DNA from: Octopus vulgaris
Lineage: Eukaryota
Assembly: GCA_951406725.2 (NCBI GenBank)
Contig: OX597838.1
Coordinates: 30,628,001 to 30,692,000, forward strand
Length of the DNA stretch: 64,000 bases
Reading direction: 5' to 3'
Made by a program: the position numbers and the translations under genes. Of the stretch, positions 61,772-64,000 are shown in pieces. Under the pieces are notes generated by a model. It searched no databases and was not told the DNA's origin. It saw only the letters and a list, made by a program, of their open reading frames with translations. Position 1 is the first letter of the stretch. Every line of letters starts with the position of its first letter.

Positions 61772-62372
61772 ACTTACGATTGGTCGTGCAAATATTTTTC
61801 TTGTATATGAATTTTATGAAATGTAAGTGAATCGATCCGGAGTTTTCATAACTGGAGAGCTGACTATGTAACATTGGACTGTTCTATTATATAATGAGGG
61901 GTGGAAAGTACTAGATTTATCAACAACTAGAACAAAACGTTATTGACTACAACAACAACAACAACAACAGAATATCCAACATCATAGTAAGATTGGTGGT
62001 CAACAATAGATCGTCTTTCCCTTCTAGTGATGTTAAAATATATACCAGTAATATACTGAGGTCAGAGTTTTCCCATTGGACGCTCTTCAGAAATATCTGT
62101 CAGGGACACAATATTAGAGATAAATACTGAGACGAGATCAATATCTATTGAGAAGACCAATAATTACCAATAGAACTAGTCATTATTTTATGAACCTCTG
62201 AAACAATAGACGTTTTAAAGAGGGAATCTTGTAGGATTCGAAACCCTGGCGAGAAAGAAACACTTCTTGTTAACGTATCGAGTTTGATACTCCGCTGTAG
62301 TTTGGCAGTAACTCTCTGTATTAGAAACAACTTTTGTATGATAAAGCAATATTTTAGGGCTTTCCATTATCT

Positions 62373-62445
62373 GGTTCCATGGTGTAGTGGTTATCACATC
62401 TGCTTAACACGCAGAAGGTCGTGAGTTCGAAACTCGCTGGAACCT
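62373..62445 (+). tRNA. tRNA-Val(AAC)
   Basis: Consensus body. Confidence 0.93.
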
Positions 62446-63131
62446 AGGCTTTCTTTTTTGCCTTCGTTTGCTTCTTTTTAACGTAACCATCCTGCAGGAC
62501 TGTAAAGCGGTGAGTTGGTAGAATCGTTAGCTTGTTGAAGAAAATGCTCTGTGTCTTTCCCTCCGCTTTCTCTTCTTCATTTCTTTTCTACTTGAGAACG
62601 AGAGACAAGAAGAACGAATCGTAATCTATGCTGTTTGAAAGGTGTTTCTGTAAAATTTCATTAAAAGGTATCCATTTTCCTGAAAGTTATGAGGGAAAAA
62701 ACCTGATCGTGTGAATTTTCCGAAAATCCTCTTCCTAACCGCTCCCCATTCGCTTGCGCAAATTTTTGTTTTCATATTCGTTTTTTACACATTTTCTTTA
62801 CACCTATTAGACAGTTTTTTTGTTGCTTTGGTGACTGGGGGTTATTGTACATAGGACCAGTCCCTAGTCATGTAGTCAGTGATAAGTTTCTGGGTTCAAT
62901 CTCATTGAATGTCATCTTGAGCAAGTAACTTACCTAAAGATATTCTTTACTGGTCCCTGTGTTTTTTCTTGTTTGTCTGACGTCCATATTACCATTTATC
63001 TCTTCTAAAGTTGTTTGACAAAAATATCAGTGATTTCAAATGATCCATAAATATCTCGAATCGAAAATGAAATACTATAAAAGTCAGAGCTGGTATATAA
63101 TAAAATAATGTTTTACTCACGGATACCAAGT

Positions 63132-63204
63132 GGTTCCATGGTGTAGTGGTTATCACATCTGCTTCACACGCAGAGTGTCGTGAGTTCGAATCTCACTGGA
63201 ACCC
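63132..63204 (+). tRNA. tRNA-Val(CAC)
   Basis: Full length; variable loop GTGTC, T loop TTCGAAT, C73. Confidence 0.85.
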
Positions 63205-63634
63205 AGCTTGTTCTCCTTTTAACTCTGAGTTGGGGGTGTAGATTGAATTTTGTTTTGGGTTGTTCGATACATACATCAATGATGAATTCCAAATGCTGGA
63301 GCAGTTTGAAAGGGAAACGATGTCCCTGTCACTATAATCACCGGACATTGCCCCATCTTATTATCTGTCTGTGAATCAATGTTAGAAATAAATATTGAGA
63401 TGTTTATTGAGAAGACCAATAATTACCAATAGAACTAGTTATTATTTTATGGACTCCTGAAATAACAGAAGTTAGAGGGCATCCAGCAGGATTCGAAACC
63501 CTGGCGAGAAAGAAACACTTCTTGTTAACGTATTGATTCTGATATTCCGCTGTAGTCTGAAAGTAACTCAACGTTAATCTCTGTATTAAAAACAGCTGTA
63601 TGATATAGCAATATTTTATGAGGTTCTGTCGTCT

Positions 63635-63707
63635 GGTTCCATGGTGTAGTGGTTATCACATCTGCTTAACACGCAGAAGGTCGTGAGTTCGAAACTCGCT
63701 GGAACCT
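63635..63707 (+). tRNA. tRNA-Val(AAC)
   Basis: Consensus body. Confidence 0.93.
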
Positions 63708-64000
63708 AAGTTTCTTTTTTGCCTTCGTTTGCTTCTTTTTAACGTAACCATCCTGCAGGACTGTAAAGCGGTGAGCTGGTAGAATCGTTAGCTTGTTGAA
63801 GAAAATGCTCTGTGGCTTTCCCTCCGATTTCTCTTCTTCATTTCTTTTCTACTCGAGAAGAAGAGAGAAGAAGTTCGAATCGTAATCTATGCTGTTTGAA
63901 AGGTGTTTCTGTAAAATTTCATTAAAAGGTATCCATTTTCCTGAAAGTTATGAGGGAAAAAACCTGATCATGCGAATTTTCCGAAAATCCTCTCCCCACC

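Larger units (their letters stand above)
54683..62842 (-). repeat. Right arm of the large inverted repeat
   Basis: Reverse complement of 45524-53206 with substitutions, indels and one extra SINE. Confidence 0.9.

Overview
AT-rich eukaryotic (animal) genomic DNA, most likely a cephalopod (octopus-like), inferred only from its SINE, mariner and Helitron repeats. There is no host protein-coding gene. The window is a dense tRNA-Val gene cluster: by manual count about 73 full-length copies of one 73-nt tRNA body (about 42 AAC, 18 CAC, 13 TAC, none GAC) plus about 14 pseudogenes or fragments, mostly in divergent head-to-head pairs. Bases 1-38.2 kb form a mosaic direct-repeat array (about 7.3 kb modules, about 21.5 kb higher-order period). 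Bases 38.7-45.9 kb hold two copies of a young Tx1/L1-clade non-LTR retrotransposon (APE endonuclease-RT-zinc finger), each followed by the same SINE and tRNA gene. Bases 45.5-62.8 kb form a palindrome of about 17 kb. The most notable points: (i) one tRNA body, resembling the Val-TAC type but with a U73 discriminator, carries all three permitted Val anticodons and switches anticodon at paralogous positions; (ii) the LINE shares its 3' tail with an abundant local SINE, and the junctions of the short LINE copy sit at Pol III A-boxes; (iii) an extra B-box-like motif is conserved about 145 bp upstream of the tRNA genes. All coordinates and counts were read by eye.
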